Shown: one piece after another, positions 62,672 through 64,000 of the stretch | Layout of the letters: each line of letters begins with the position of its first letter | Numbering within the stretch: position 1 is the stretch's first letter | DNA from: Mytilus trossulus | Taxonomy: Eukaryota | Reading direction: 5' to 3' | DNA length: 64,000 nucleotides | Assembly: GCF_036588685.1 (NCBI RefSeq) | Contig: NC_086375.1 | Span: 88,970,001 to 89,034,000 of the forward strand | Notes under the pieces: generated by a model | What the model was told of the DNA's origin: nothing | Database searches by the model: none | The model's input: only the letters and a program-made list of their open reading frames with translations | Program-made: the position numbers and the translations under genes

Positions 62672-64000
62672 TTAACTGTATATTCGTTAAAATATTTATT
62701 GTTCAGCACACCTTTATGTATATATACATACATGCATGAACTCAAAATAAGCGACCAAAACAAGACCTTAAATTATCGAAATCCTTTTACAGTTTGGTAT
62801 CTTAGTTTCTTAATTTTATGACATTTAGTTTGGACAATTTAAGAAAGGTTGTTATAAATTTTGTCAGTGCTGAGTGATTAATTCGTAGGAGACAACAGTT
62901 TTTAAACGCATATGAATTGTCGAAATGATCATCTGGTATCGGTATTATTACCACCATCAGCATTGACAGAGTCCAAGAAAAAATGAGAAATAAAACTCCA
63001 TAAAATTATAAAACCGACATGATTTACTTCTACGGATATGTGTTTTAAAGTTTTATTAGTTTTGCACCCTTAAATAAGAAGAAAACCAAAATGTATGAAA
63101 AATCTACTAAACACAAAATCCTTCAGATAATAAGGCATACATAACACGAGAAACGTTTGTAACATTTAGTAACTATTTTAGTCTTTACTGGTGTAATAAT
63201 ATTACATTGTCCTGAGGCATATGAATCGATTCTGAATGCCACCCATTTGAACAATCTTAGGGGAGATGAACTAACATCAACCCAACTTTTTGTTTAAATG
63301 ATATGATATTACACTTACACAGAAAACTCCAAACATCTGCTAAGGGGATATTAAATCAACCACACACAATTTAATCATTAACGGCTATATGCTGTCACAT
63401 AGACATACATATCAACCATAACATGGTATGATATAACACAACCAACCAAAATCCCAATCATTAGAGGAAATGATGTTGCACACATTTTAACTATTACAAT
63501 ATACCCTCCTATAACTCATTCATCAAATGCAAGACAGTAAATGTGTTGACCAAATGACGGCACAAAATTTACTCAAGTTATACGATAAACAATATTCGCA
63601 AAGAGCTCATCCGATATCATGACTGACGTCACGGGCCTTTCCTAAATAGTTGAATTAAAAGAACTACTAGAATTATGCTTTTGATCCCTTTGGTATTTTC
63701 TGTTTTAATTTGGTAATTATGTGTTTATTTCCGATGAAAAGACTAAATATTGATACAAAAATATGCAATCTTTAATGACGAGACAAATGTTCATTTATTG
63801 TATTTTTTCTTTTTTTTAATCTAATTTTGGTTTCTTTTCTCTCGGTTTTCCTTGTTTTCGTATTTTTTTATCTGGTATATTTCTGGTTAAATTATGAAAA
63901 CCGATAAAGAAAAACAACACCTCTTAAAATAGTGAAAATTTAATAGTAAGTGGGTAGTTAGTATTAAATAAAACGGGGACGAAAGATACCAGAAAGAGAG

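Overview
AT-rich eukaryotic genomic DNA with GT-AG introns. The repeat content (hammerhead retrozymes with a ~355-nt unit, Penelope-like RT fragments, Helentron-associated elements, a GalEa-type copia) suggests a bivalve mollusc, probably Mytilus (inference). Left to right: (1) the 5' ~3.85 kb of an apparently intact Ty1/copia (GalEa-like) LTR retrotransposon on the minus strand, antisense and upstream of the first visible exon of (2) a kelch-repeat gene, of which the last four exons are present; (3) a tandem, same-strand array of type II membrane TNF-superfamily ligand genes that the ORF track shows only as fragments. I reconstructed three complete genes exon by exon with consistent phases (12409-19035, 19483-24858, 28817-38691) and the first two exons of a probable fourth (55013->60377). 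Gene 3 has the ectodysplasin-A-like layout (TM, basic/furin stalk, 18 Gly-X-Y, TNF domain); genes 1 and 2 lack collagen. All three complete genes carry a mini-exon encoding a C-x-W/F-x-G-x2-C-x-N-x-T-Y insertion in the TNF domain. In gene 2 the end of that exon plus its splice donor is amplified into a 10-copy 57-bp minisatellite. Non-coding DNA holds a complete two-hammerhead retrozyme (48.7-49.1 kb) and decayed copies, Penelope-like fragments, HINEs, TTAA-flanked MITEs, hairpin elements and SINE-like repeats, some carrying a perfect kB motif. All calls are by eye; no searches were run.
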